NCBI GenBank assembly: GCA_963666215.2
Contig: CAXWPL010000004.1
Span: 384,001 to 448,000 of the forward strand
Direction of reading: 5' to 3'
Source: Acidobacteriota bacterium
GTDB lineage: Bacteria > Acidobacteriota > UBA890 > WLXD01
Length of the DNA stretch: 64,000 nt
Of the stretch, positions 10,878-21,068 are shown one piece after another (the first letter of the stretch is position 1; each line of letters starts with the position of its first letter). Position numbers and translations under genes: made by a program. The notes under the pieces were generated by a model that ran no database searches, was not told the DNA's origin, and saw only the letters and a list, made by a program, of their open reading frames with translations.

Positions 10878-11468
10878 CTAGTCTCCTGATGTCGGAGAGT
10901 CGTCAACCGGTGCTGCGGCTGGCTGTTCGTCCGCAGCGTCGACGGCGATGGACTCTTCTTGGGCCTCTTCCTTCGCGCGCGTTCTCGATGCAGCCGCCGA
11001 GCTCCTGAGAATCATGTCGAGGCACCCGGCAACCGTCACACCCAGAAGGAAGATGTGGAGGTTTTGCAGAGAGCCCTCGATGGTGGCGTGGAGGATAAAA
11101 GCAGCTACGCCCGACAGGAAGAGTGTGTAAATCGCCGCGCCGATCTCGACCTCCGCCCGAGCGAGCAAGCGACCGAGCTCGAGAATCAGAACGCCGACGA
11201 GCGCGCCCAGTAACAGCCTTATCGTCGGACTGAGGTCGGCGAACAACTGCTGGACGTCCGCGATGCCGATGTCTCCTGGTGCCAGAGCGAACACCAGGAG
11301 GAGAATCGGGAGCACCGCCGCGGCCGCTCGTCGAGCCCTCGCGTTCCCTCGTCCGCGCCATACCAAAACCACAACACGAACCGCGAGGTACAGAAAAACG
11401 CCAACGACTACAGCAGGATAAAAGAAAGCGACAAAAACTGCCCTGAGCTCGTTAGCTATCGTTTCCAC
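10878..11468 (-). CDS. Hypothetical multi-pass membrane protein
   Basis: 196-aa ORF with about 5 hydrophobic segments. Confidence 0.6.
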   Translation of the reverse strand: METIANELRAVFVAFFYPAVVVGVFLYLAVRVVVLVWRGRGNARARRAAAAVLPILLLVFALAPGDIGIADVQQLFADLSPTIRLLLGALVGVLILELGRLLARAEVEIGAAIYTLFLSGVAAFILHATIEGSLQNLHIFLLGVTVAGCLDMILRSSAAASRTRAKEEAQEESIAVDAADEQPAAAPVDDSPTSGD

Positions 11469-11658
11469 CGATCATCTCCCGTCCATGTAGGCGACCGACG
11501 CAGCAGCTTCACTGCCAGACTACTCGGCTCGCATGAGACCCGCCACAGGCCGACCCACCGAACGTCAGCCCAAGCGTCTCTGGACGAGACTCTCTATTGA
11601 CGATAAGAGGACTCGCATAGCAGACTAACGCGAGTCGAACGTTCGATCACCTTGCGCC

Positions 11659-12075
11659 CCGTTCAAAATGGTGCCGCTCGAGGGCAGTCTCGCCGACCCG
11701 GAGGTCTACGCGGCCCGGCCCCGGACCTGTGATCTCGGCTACCTGCGTACCGCGTACCGCATGGCCGACGGCGGCGTTGGCTTTCGCTGCCCGGGCGAGC
11801 CGGTGGACGACTACGTTCGCAAGGACGGCGACGCGGCAGACACCCTGGGTCGGCAGTGCCTGTGCAACGGGCTGGTGACGAACATCGGATTGGGCCAGAT
11901 CCGCCAAGACGGCTATCGAGAGCCACCCATCCTCACTTCCGGCGTTGATCTGTCGGTGCTGCTGCCCTATCTGGGCCGCTATCGAACCGACTACAGCGCC
12001 GCCGACGTTGTGCGCCGTCTATGCAACGGCCTGACTCGCGCCGGCGATCGGCCGTCACGGACGCGAACCGCGTGA
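11659..12075 (+). pseudogene. C-terminal fragment of a nitronate monooxygenase-family protein
   Basis: PFKMVPLEGSL..RPRTCDLGYLR..FRCPGEPVDDYVRK..RQCLCNGL..ILTSG; no N-terminal part upstream. Confidence 0.7.
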
Positions 12076-12144
12076 GATAGCGAGTGCATCTTGCGAAGAA
12101 CATCCTCCGAATCCCGGTCGCCTGTTGATCTCCGAAGTGAGTCC

Positions 12145-12822
12145 TTAGGCCGAGTAGCGCAGCACCGCGATGAAGTGACAGGTCGTGCCTGCGAGCACGA
12201 ACAGGTGCCAGACGAAGTGGCTGTATCGAACACGCTCGGCCGCGAAGAACGCCACTCCAACGGTGTAGGCGATGCCTCCCGACGCGAGCCAGAAAAGCCC
12301 GGCCGCAGGCATGAGCGTCCAGAGAGGCTTGATCGCGATGAGAGCGACCCAGCCCATGGCTAGATAAAGGGCCGTCGAGAGCTTTTGGTATTGGGCACCG
12401 TAGGTCGCCTTCAGGGCAACACCCAGGAATGCGATGCCCCAAACCAACCCGAGTAGGCTCCAGCCCCACGCGCCGCGGAGAACGCCGAGTGTGAATGGCG
12501 TGTACGTGCCGGCGATCATGAGGAAGATCGCGCCGTGGTCGAGCACATGAAACACACGCTTGGCGCGGTTCCGGGGAAGCGCGTGATAGAGCACGGACGC
12601 CGCGTACAGCAGCACGACCGTGGCGGCGAAGACGCTGGCGCCAACGATGCCCGGCGCCCCGCCCCGCCGCACGGCAGCAACGATGAGAACCGGGGCGGCA
12701 ACCAACGCCGCGAGCAGGCCCACGCCGTGGCTGACGCTGTTGGCGATCTCCTCGCCCAGCGATTGCACACGCTTCGTCGATGCCGCCGTCCGCAACACAG
12801 ATCTACGCTCCCGGCGCGGCAC
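12145..12822 (-). CDS. Hemolysin III / PAQR family membrane protein
   Basis: EEIANSVSHG, SVLYH, LDHGAIFLMIAGTYTPF, HFVWHLFVLAG. Confidence 0.93.
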   Translation of the reverse strand: MPRRERRSVLRTAASTKRVQSLGEEIANSVSHGVGLLAALVAAPVLIVAAVRRGGAPGIVGASVFAATVVLLYAASVLYHALPRNRAKRVFHVLDHGAIFLMIAGTYTPFTLGVLRGAWGWSLLGLVWGIAFLGVALKATYGAQYQKLSTALYLAMGWVALIAIKPLWTLMPAAGLFWLASGGIAYTVGVAFFAAERVRYSHFVWHLFVLAGTTCHFIAVLRYSA

Positions 12823-12843
12823 TCGTGTTCCACGCCAACGCGC

Positions 12844-13005
12844 TCACGATAGAAGGCGTTTGACCCCTTGCTGAGCGAGGTAAAGCCCGACGCCGCTGCC
12901 GATGGCGCTGACCATAAACGCGGTAAAGAAAGACACCTGCGCGCCGATGGCCCAGCCAACCCATCCGCCCACCGACATCCCGACGAGATTGAGGAAACCC
13001 TTCAT
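12844..13005 (-). CDS. Small 53-aa Gly-rich two-TM protein
   Basis: MKGFLNLVGMSVGGWVGWAIGAQVSFFTAFMVSAIGSGVGLYLAQQGVKRLLS. Confidence 0.6.
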   Translation of the reverse strand: MKGFLNLVGMSVGGWVGWAIGAQVSFFTAFMVSAIGSGVGLYLAQQGVKRLLS

Positions 13006-13066
13006 GGAGTATGCCCTCGGCAATGAGGCGTCTGTGGTCGCTGAGTAGCAGCCTAGCTCAACTGAG

Positions 13067-14164
13067 TCATAGATCGACTCCGAAACGACGCAAGCGGAGG
13101 GACGCGAAGGCCTGCCGTAGAACATGGATCGCTCGCGCCGCCGGGACCGGACCGAATCGCTTGATGAGCGACTGGATATCGAGGCCGTCGAGTAGCTCCA
13201 TGACGTAGTAGAAGGTCCCGTCCTGCGAGACCCCGAAGTCGAAGAGATCGATCGTGTGCGGCGAGCACAGCGACGCGGTTGCCTGAGCCTCGCGCTCGAA
13301 GCGTCGTCGGATTGTCGTCTGATCTGCGACGCTGGTCTCGCCCAGGGCCTCGGGGCGGATGAGCTTGATGGCCGCGGGCCGAGCGAGCATCCGGTGTTTT
13401 GCGCGCCAGACTTCGCCCATGCCACCGCGACCCAGGATGTCGATCAGGCGATAGCTTCCCAACTCCCGGGCGCGGCTCACCGCGGTGCCGAGGCGGTACA
13501 CAACACGAGCGCCGACGTGCGCCATCCCCACGCAAACGAGATACGGGAGAACAAGGACGAAGAAGAATTGGCCGGGCCCCACCGGGATCGTGGTGCCGGC
13601 GTATCTCATCGACAATCCGACGATGATGGCGGGCGCGAATGCCGATACGAACAACGAGAGCAGCGTCTTTGCCGGCCGGTTGGGGATGATGACCGAATAC
13701 GACAGCATCCAGACCGCCACCCACGACAGCCCAAACCAGTCGCTGTCTCGGTACGGCGCCTCCGAATAAGCGCCCCAGAACTCGGCCGTCGCAATGCCGA
13801 AGCTGCTCAGGGCCCCGAACGCGAGGCCGACATCCATGAGCTTCGACGGCGCCAGCCTCTGGCTCCTCGCGAGCGCATACACCAGCAGAGACACCAGCAT
13901 GGTCGCGGCGCCCGGTAGCCAGTTCGCGGGGCTCTGGAACCACTCGTCGAGACCGACAAGGGCATCGAGAATATGACTGAGGTAATTGGCCAGGAAGAAC
14001 GCCGAAGCGAGCAGGAGCGCGACGACCTGGAGACGCTTCGAGGCCTCCAGAAGAAGATCCGGAGGCAACTCTCGAGCCCGTGAGACCTGGGCTGCGCTCC
14101 GCGACGTCCCGGCCACCTTCGCGGGGGCGAGAAAAGTGTGCTGCGGGTCTTCGCCTACACTCAA
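13067..14164 (-). pseudogene. Membrane-anchored Ser/Thr protein kinase truncated after the N-lobe
   Basis: Multiple TMs, then LGRGGMGEVW, AAIK, RRFEREA, YYVMELLDG; no HRD or DFG motif. Confidence 0.85.
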
Positions 14165-14277
14165 TTCGGGATCACCGAACCCATCTCCTCCGCGGGGAGG
14201 AGCGTTGACACCATCGGGCGGGGAAACGTCAATCTAACCGCCCCACCTCTCGAAACGAAGCAACGGGAGTTTTCTTC

Positions 14278-15852
14278 ATGCCAAGCACCACGCCGCGAGC
14301 GACCACTATGCCCACAACGCTGCGCAAGACGACGCTAACGATGCTCGTCCTACTCGCCGCCGCTCTGCTGTCGGCAGCGCCGACACCGGCGATCACGCTC
14401 GCCCAGGAGGCTACCGATGGGCGCGAGCAGATGGCGCCCGAGCGGACCTTCCCGGTCGACACGCACGTCACCGGCGAGCACCAGCTCACAGTCAAGGGCG
14501 TGACCTTCCCCTACTCCGCTGAGGTCGGCATGCAACCGGTGTGGGACAACGACGGCAAGGTGATCGCCTCGCTGTTCTACACCTACTACAAGCGCACCGA
14601 CATCAGCGACGCCGGCCAGCGCCCGCTCGCCATCTCCTTCAATGGCGGGCCGGGCTCGGCGTCGGTGTGGATGCACATCGGCTATACGGGACCACGAAAG
14701 CTGCTCATCGATCCCGAGGGATTTCCGATTCAGCCCTACGGCGTGGTGGAGAACCCCGACACGATCCTCGATGTGACCGACATCGTCTATGTGAATCCGG
14801 TGAACGTGGCGTTCTCGCGCATCGTGGGCGACGCTGACCGGGCGCAGTTCTTCGGTGTTAACGAGGACATCAGTTATCTGTCGGACTGGCTAGGTACCTT
14901 CGTCAGCCGTCACGACCGCTGGCGCTCGCCGAAGTTCCTGATTGGCGAGAGCTACGGCACGACGCGGGTGTCGGGCCTGGCGCGTGAGCTGCAGAACAGC
15001 GAGTGGATGTACCTCAACGGCGTCATCCTGGTGTCGCCCACGGGGCTCGGCGTTGGCCGCGACGGCCCGGTGGGCGCGGCGATCGCGCTGCCCAACTACA
15101 CGGCCACAGCCTGGTTCCACGAGCGGCTCGACCCCGAGCTGCAAAGCCAGGACCTCGAAACGATCCTGTCGGAGGTCGAAGAGTTCGTTTTCGACGAGTA
15201 CTTGCCTGCCCTGGCGCGAGGCGGCTCGCTGCCGCCCGACAAGCGCCAGGAGATTGCACACGAGGTGGCGCTGTGGTCGGGCACCACGCCGGAGTGGGTG
15301 ATGAACCACAACCTGGCGCCACAGGTGGGCGAGTTCCGCAAGGAACTGCTGCGCGACCAGGGCCTCACCGTTGGCCGGCTCGATGCACGCTACCGCGGGC
15401 GCGACCGCGAGAACGCCGGCGAGTCGTACAACTACGACCCGGCCATGGCGGCCTGGAACCAGGCCTTCTCGCCTGCGATCAACGCCTACTTGCGCGAGGA
15501 GCTCGGCTGGAAAACCGACCTGCAATACTGGCTCTTCGGCCCCGTTCGCCCGTGGAATCGCGATGGCGACCAGACCGGAGAGGCCCTGCGTCAGGCCATG
15601 GCCGAGAACCCGTTCCTGCACTTGATGGTGCAGTCGGGCTACTACGACGGCGGCACCACCTACTTCGCCGCTAAGTACACGATGTGGAACCTCGACCCCG
15701 CCGGCGATGTGCTGGATCGCGCCTGGTGGAAGGGCTACCGCAGCGGCCACATGATGTATCTACGCGCCGAGGATCTGGTGACCTCGAACCAGGACATCCG
15801 CGACTTTATCGCCTGGTCAATGGACGCGGCGAGCGGGTCCGCCAGGCACTAG
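14278..15852 (+). CDS. S10 family serine carboxypeptidase, secreted
   Basis: FNGGPGSAS, GESYG, GYYD, GHMMY. Confidence 0.93.
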   Translation: MPSTTPRATTMPTTLRKTTLTMLVLLAAALLSAAPTPAITLAQEATDGREQMAPERTFPVDTHVTGEHQLTVKGVTFPYSAEVGMQPVWDNDGKVIASLFYTYYKRTDISDAGQRPLAISFNGGPGSASVWMHIGYTGPRKLLIDPEGFPIQPYGVVENPDTILDVTDIVYVNPVNVAFSRIVGDADRAQFFGVNEDISYLSDWLGTFVSRHDRWRSPKFLIGESYGTTRVSGLARELQNSEWMYLNGVILVSPTGLGVGRDGPVGAAIALPNYTATAWFHERLDPELQSQDLETILSEVEEFVFDEYLPALARGGSLPPDKRQEIAHEVALWSGTTPEWVMNHNLAPQVGEFRKELLRDQGLTVGRLDARYRGRDRENAGESYNYDPAMAAWNQAFSPAINAYLREELGWKTDLQYWLFGPVRPWNRDGDQTGEALRQAMAENPFLHLMVQSGYYDGGTTYFAAKYTMWNLDPAGDVLDRAWWKGYRSGHMMYLRAEDLVTSNQDIRDFIAWSMDAASGSARH

Positions 15853-15863
15853 CGCACAGCGTC

Positions 15864-17588
15864 CTACTTCGGCGCGCGAAACACATCCTTGGCAATCTCA
15901 CCGCCAATCGTGGTGTTGCGACGGATGACGTCGGAAAGCCTCGTGCGATCGATCTTCCTGAGCAAGTTGCCGGAGAAGCGGCGCTTGTAGAAGTTGGGGT
16001 CGCCGTCGCGGATGCGGCGGAACTGGTCGGCCATGATGGCAAGGAATGTCGGGCCGACCATGGCACCACGAACGTTGGACTCGGAGAGCCCGGCGGTCCA
16101 CAGGTCGACATCGTCGATATTGTGGTGCAACCGCTCGAGGCGCTTCTGGATTCTCTTCTCGCCGCCGAGCTGCGAGAACTTCGTCAGGCGGGCGAGGCCG
16201 TAGGCCGCGCGCACGCTGTTGTAGTCGGCGAGGCCGTGATCGCGGCCGCGCTGGATGTTGAGCGAAGCAAGGTCGAAGCCGCCCGAGCCTGGCGGGCCGA
16301 AGAGGAAGTTGCGCAGCGCGTCGACAATCATCGTGTCGATTCGCCAGGCCCGCTGGACGGCGACGCCGCGCAGGTAGGGCTCAATGCCGATGGCTGGAGT
16401 GAGCTCGTGCGGAGCGAAGAAGGCCCTGGCGAGCGGCAAGGGTCCGCCACCGGTCGGCTTGAGCGAACTGTCCAGGCGCTGCAGCCCAGGTGACACCATG
16501 CTGTGCCCGAAGCGGTAGGCGCCGGTGGAGAACTCCTGGCAAACGCCGGGGTCGACGCCGGATTTCCAGCCGCTGTACGCGGGGATCGCATTCTTGCCGA
16601 GGAGGCGCGGTAGGAACTCGTTGTAGGTGATTGCCTGCATCATGCCGACGACGAAGCCGCGGGCACGCGCGAAGACCTGGTCGTCGCTGAGCTTGGGCGA
16701 GGCGCCGTGAATCTGGCGTGCCAGGCGGTTGTGCTCACGCATCCAGAGGGTGTGCATGGAGGTGAGGGCGACGTTCTCGTTGGCGCGAATGTCACCGGCG
16801 ACGTAGAGCTTGCTGGAGGGTCCGCCGGCGTTGTCGAGACCACGCTCGTTGAACGGCAGGAGGTTGCCCTGGCTGGTGAGCAACTCGCCGCTGCCGTCGC
16901 GTTTGCGCAGTGCCTTCTCGCGGTCCGGGTCGGAGCCGTAGACGTTCGAGGCGTCGAGAAAGGCGGTGATCGAGTTGATCTGCGCGCGAGGATCGTTGGG
17001 TGAGTGGCCGCTGCCGTGGTCGTACGCCGAACGGTAGAGTTGAATGACCTGCTTGCCGGTACCGTCCGGGTCGAAGAAACGATCGCCCTTCGGAACCTTG
17101 ATGTCGAACGCGTCGAGAGGCTCGTCGGCGATCGTCAGGTCGATGTCGTGATCGACGAACTGACCCCACAGCCACATCATGTCGCTGGCGCGATTGCGGC
17201 TGAGCCGCTGGCGACCCTGATATGAAACGCGGTTGCTGATCTCACGCGCGCTCGGACGATTGGCCCCGGCAGGCTTACCCATCGAGTCTTCGTAGTCGGC
17301 GCGGGCAATCCGTAGAAGTCGAGATCCTGCCTCGCCGTTGCTCGCCGCCGCCGTGGCACTGGACTCACCACTCGGGATGCTTTCCGAGCCCGAGGCGCCG
17401 GCCAGGTACGCCCGGCCGCTCCGAACAGGTGTGCGCGCCGAGCGCGCGGCGCCGCGTGACTCTTTCTGAGCGGACGAACTGGAGGCCCCGGCGCTCTGGA
17501 ACGAGACGGCGGGGATGAGCAGCAGCGCGGCGAACGCCAGGCGAGAGAGCCTGACGACGGCTCCATGGCTACGGAGGTTGGTGAGCAT
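15864..17588 (-). CDS. Secreted animal-type heme peroxidase (peroxidase-cyclooxygenase superfamily)
   Basis: WGQFVDHDID, TAFLDASNVYGS, GDIRANEN, YRFGHS, NIQRGRDHG. Confidence 0.93.
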   Translation of the reverse strand: MLTNLRSHGAVVRLSRLAFAALLLIPAVSFQSAGASSSSAQKESRGAARSARTPVRSGRAYLAGASGSESIPSGESSATAAASNGEAGSRLLRIARADYEDSMGKPAGANRPSAREISNRVSYQGRQRLSRNRASDMMWLWGQFVDHDIDLTIADEPLDAFDIKVPKGDRFFDPDGTGKQVIQLYRSAYDHGSGHSPNDPRAQINSITAFLDASNVYGSDPDREKALRKRDGSGELLTSQGNLLPFNERGLDNAGGPSSKLYVAGDIRANENVALTSMHTLWMREHNRLARQIHGASPKLSDDQVFARARGFVVGMMQAITYNEFLPRLLGKNAIPAYSGWKSGVDPGVCQEFSTGAYRFGHSMVSPGLQRLDSSLKPTGGGPLPLARAFFAPHELTPAIGIEPYLRGVAVQRAWRIDTMIVDALRNFLFGPPGSGGFDLASLNIQRGRDHGLADYNSVRAAYGLARLTKFSQLGGEKRIQKRLERLHHNIDDVDLWTAGLSESNVRGAMVGPTFLAIMADQFRRIRDGDPNFYKRRFSGNLLRKIDRTRLSDVIRRNTTIGGEIAKDVFRAPK

Positions 17589-17876
17589 GGCGGCCTCGGT
17601 CTTGTGGTCGTCGGGTGTGAGTTGCGTCACACCAGAAGATACGGGCCGTCGCGCGAGACCCACATGCCACCAATCGAGGTCCCCGGGCAACAGAGGTCGT
17701 TTCTGGCCGCTCGCGGCCGTGTGGACGTCACCCCGAGATCAGCGACCACACCCGCCACGGTGATCCACACGATCGCCGATTTGCTCGAGTCGAGCCATGT
17801 CCAAGTTATTACGGCTACAGTAGCAAGACATGCTACAGTCGCTGGAATCATTCTGCGCGATTCCTCGGAGCCCATT

Positions 17877-18233
17877 TTGGATCGTCCACCCCTGACACCC
17901 GCCGTGTTTCACATCCTCCTGGCGCTTGCCGACGGGCCACGCCATGGGTACGCCGTCATGAAGGCCGCCGCGGAGACCGGAGTGGGTCTGAGCTGGGGTC
18001 CCGGTACGGTCTACGGCTCCCTGCAGCGAATGGAGGACCTGGGGTTGGTGCGCGTTGCCGACTCGGCAGCGATCGACGATTCGGAAACACTCGACGGACG
18101 CGGCCGCCAGCGCCGCTACTTCGTGCTCACCGAAGAGGGCACCGAGGCGCTGCGCACCGAGGCCGGTCGGCTCGAAGAGCTGGCCGCGCTAACTCACAGC
18201 AAGACGGCTCTCGAGAAGGAACCCGCTCGATGA
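17877..18233 (+). CDS. PadR family transcriptional regulator
   Basis: LTPAVFHILLALADGPRHGYAVM..GPGTVYGSLQRM..RRYFVLTEEG. Confidence 0.9.
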   Translation: MDRPPLTPAVFHILLALADGPRHGYAVMKAAAETGVGLSWGPGTVYGSLQRMEDLGLVRVADSAAIDDSETLDGRGRQRRYFVLTEEGTEALRTEAGRLEELAALTHSKTALEKEPAR

Positions 18234-18421
18234 ACCAGCGTGGTCGATGGGCGGAAGCCTTCTACAGAGTTGTGGTGAGCGCCTACCCGAGAGCCTTCCG
18301 TGACCGCTTCGGAGAGGAGCTGGCCCTGGCAGCTGGAGCGCTGCTCCTGGTGGTGCTCCTCGCGAGCATGCTGCCGGCCCGCAGAGCGTCGGCGATCGAT
18401 CCGATGGACGCGCTGCGTTAG
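18230..18421 (+). pseudogene. 63-aa mini-ADOP: N- and C-termini of an ADOP permease joined in frame
   Basis: FYRVVVSAYPRAFRDRFGEE directly followed by LLASMLPARRASAIDPMDALR; ATGA overlap with the PadR gene. Confidence 0.8.
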
Positions 18422-18444
18422 GCCAACAGACCAGCCCGCCGGCC

Positions 18445-19893
18445 TCAGCGACCGGGATTCGCGGTCAGCCAGGCGCGCCAGCGGGCGGTTGCCTCCGATC
18501 GCCGATCGGCTGAGGTCATGGCGTCGAACCCGAAGTCCTGACCGGTCGCTGCTTCTAGCGCCTCGTTGGCCTCGGCTCGCAGCAGCCCGGGAGTGTCGCC
18601 CTCCATGAGCTGCAGGAGCGCGTCGTCGCCGAGGGTGTCGGACCGGCGCACCAGGCCCTCGGCCGCTCGCAACCGGGCCCACGGATCGGGTGCGTGGAAG
18701 GCGATCTCGTGTAACACGCTGGCCGCGTCTTCTCCGGCTACCTCACGCAGCGCGGCAACGTCATCCTCGCTGAAGTTGACCCTGCCGGTGGCCATGAGCT
18801 CGTGGATGTCGACGCCGGAAACGAGGATGACATTGACGACCTCGGCAGCTGTGCTGTCGCCGCTGCGCAGCTCTTCGAGCGCCGCGGCGACCCGCGCGCC
18901 ACCCGTTGCTGGCAGCGCACCCGCCGACGGACTCTTAGGATCCCCGGCGACGCCTGTCTCGCCGATCTCGGCGGACGCCCAGTTACCGATGGGCGAGGCG
19001 CCCACAGCGGCCCAGCCGGCAACCGCCACCACCAGCGCTCCCGCTCCCACCCGCGCCAGAGCCGCCACCGGCCGTGCGGCCATGAACGTGTAACGAACAG
19101 CCGCCGCCAACGCCAACGTGATGCCGAACGTACCGACAACCGCCGGGCCACTCGGCAAGTCGTAGCCGTACGACAGCGCGAGGCCGATCAGGCTCACGAG
19201 CGTCCCGGTGCTCCAGCCAATCACCAGTCGGGTGCGGATGTGCGTGGAAAACAACATGGCGATCACAGAAGGGACCACCAGGAACGAAAACACCAGCAGC
19301 ACGCCGGCCATCGCAACGCTCGAGGTGATCACGAACCCGAACGACATATAGAAGAAGAAGTCCCACAGCCGTACGTTCCATCCGGCTGCCTCGGCCTCGG
19401 TCGGGCGCATCGACAGCGTCAGGAAACGATCGCGGTAGATCCAGTGAAAGACGCCGATCACGGCGTAGATGGCGGCGGTAAGGAGGATCTTGCTCCACGG
19501 GACCCAGAGCAGGTTGCCGGCGAGCATCGCCTGGACGAACTCGGCTCCTTCAGGAGCCCGGTCGGCAATCAGGAGGGTGGTGGCGCTAGCGACCGCGAAC
19601 GTGATGCCAATGATCGCCTCCTGCGGAACCCGTTGATCCTTGAGCCGCGACAGCGAGAAGATCGCGGCGCCGATAAACGCGAAGATCAGCGAGTACACGT
19701 AGCCTGCCGTGCCGTGGGCGTCGTATCCGAGGAGGAAGGCGAAGGTGGCGCCCAGAGCGGCGATCTGTGCCAGAGCGAGGTCGACGAAAATGACGCCGCG
19801 CGACACCACGTGCAGTCCGAGGTAGGTGTGGATTCCCGTCAGCACGAGGCACGCCACGAAAGGTGGCAGCAAGATCTCGAGCGCGAGCTCCAA
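18445..19893 (-). CDS. Zn/Mn-type metal ABC transporter permease with a C-terminal helical (HEAT-like) extension
   Basis: HTYLGLHVVSRGVIFVDLALAQIAALG, PQEAIIG, GVLLVFSFLVVP, DLPSGPAVV; about 200 extra C-terminal aa. Confidence 0.88.
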   Translation of the reverse strand: MELALEILLPPFVACLVLTGIHTYLGLHVVSRGVIFVDLALAQIAALGATFAFLLGYDAHGTAGYVYSLIFAFIGAAIFSLSRLKDQRVPQEAIIGITFAVASATTLLIADRAPEGAEFVQAMLAGNLLWVPWSKILLTAAIYAVIGVFHWIYRDRFLTLSMRPTEAEAAGWNVRLWDFFFYMSFGFVITSSVAMAGVLLVFSFLVVPSVIAMLFSTHIRTRLVIGWSTGTLVSLIGLALSYGYDLPSGPAVVGTFGITLALAAAVRYTFMAARPVAALARVGAGALVVAVAGWAAVGASPIGNWASAEIGETGVAGDPKSPSAGALPATGGARVAAALEELRSGDSTAAEVVNVILVSGVDIHELMATGRVNFSEDDVAALREVAGEDAASVLHEIAFHAPDPWARLRAAEGLVRRSDTLGDDALLQLMEGDTPGLLRAEANEALEAATGQDFGFDAMTSADRRSEATARWRAWLTANPGR

Positions 19894-19976
19894 CTTCTAT
19901 CTCCGGGAGTTGGGGATGCTGCGGGTCGTCGTGAGCCAACCAGCTTCTGGGCAAATCCAGACCACTGCGTACCTGT

Positions 19977-21068
19977 CTATCCCGCGCATGCCGGGGTGGC
20001 ACCGCGTAGCGTGCCGATCCACTCGTCGTACAGATCGAAAATGTCGCGCGACCCGGTGTCGGCTGCGGGATCCGGATAAAGAGGCACGATGAGCGCTGTG
20101 GCGCCCGTGCGCTCCGAGATGAGCTCGGGCACCTGACGATCAAAATAGTCCGCGACCCACAAGACGCCGATCTCCTCACGTCGCATCAGGTCGACGAGCT
20201 CGGCAACATGCGAGGCCGACGGCGGGATCCCTGGACGCCGCTCGACGTAGGAAGCAACCTCGATGCCGAACCGGTCCATGAGGTAGATCCAGTTCGTGTG
20301 GTACGCCACCACGCGCGTGCCCCGCAGGCACGAGGCGTCGGCCATCCAGCCGCCGAGTCGCTCCACGAGCGGACCGCCGCCAAGCGAAGTCGATTCCAGA
20401 AACGGCAGCAAGCGGTGGGCCATCTCGAGCTGCGCCAGCTTGTCGCCGCCAACAAGCTCAACGAGCTGGTCGCCGAAGAGGCGGCGGTGCAGCAGATCCT
20501 TGTAGGCCACGAAGCGCTGCTGGTACAGGCCAGCGTTATCGGGGTCGGCGCGTTGCAGCCCAACGCGGAGGTTGTCGGCAAGCATCACCGAGCGCAGGGG
20601 ATCGGTGTGAACGTGCGGGTTGCCGTAAATATGGATGTCCCCGCCCGCCCGGCTGGGGTCGTCGGGCACCTCGAGCATGGGCACGCCCTGGGCCATTGCC
20701 ACGAAGCCCGGTTCGCCCGGCCTCACTCGCGGGTTGCGCGACTTGTCGACCACTGGCGCCAGCCACAGCTCCATGTCGAGCCCGGTCGAGATCAGCAGGT
20801 CGGCGCGGCTGAGCTCGATCGAGTAACTCGGCTTCGCCTGCACGAAGTGCGCGTCCTGGTGGGCGCTGGCAATCGACATGATCGTAGCGTCGTCGGCCAG
20901 CAAATGCCGAGCGATGGCCTCGTAGGCCGTTAGCGTGGCGACAACCTTGATCCCCTGATAGGCCGCGTTGGCGACACCATGCGCACTCACCGCGCACAAA
21001 GTCACCGTGGCCAGTGCTACGACCATGAATCGAGATTGCCTGAATCCTCTGGGATGCATGGGCATCAA
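19977..21068 (-). CDS. ZnuA-like metal ABC substrate-binding protein
   Basis: QDAHFVQAKPS, GDIHIYGNPHVHTDP, AYH, RPGIPPSASH. Confidence 0.9.
   Translation of the reverse strand: MMPMHPRGFRQSRFMVVALATVTLCAVSAHGVANAAYQGIKVVATLTAYEAIARHLLADDATIMSIASAHQDAHFVQAKPSYSIELSRADLLISTGLDMELWLAPVVDKSRNPRVRPGEPGFVAMAQGVPMLEVPDDPSRAGGDIHIYGNPHVHTDPLRSVMLADNLRVGLQRADPDNAGLYQQRFVAYKDLLHRRLFGDQLVELVGGDKLAQLEMAHRLLPFLESTSLGGGPLVERLGGWMADASCLRGTRVVAYHTNWIYLMDRFGIEVASYVERRPGIPPSASHVAELVDLMRREEIGVLWVADYFDRQVPELISERTGATALIVPLYPDPAADTGSRDIFDLYDEWIGTLRGATPACAG

Noticed and set aside
11610-11636. Hairpin GACTCGC...GCGAGTC as an attC or REP element
   Set aside because: Single copy, too short for attC, and no integron integrase.
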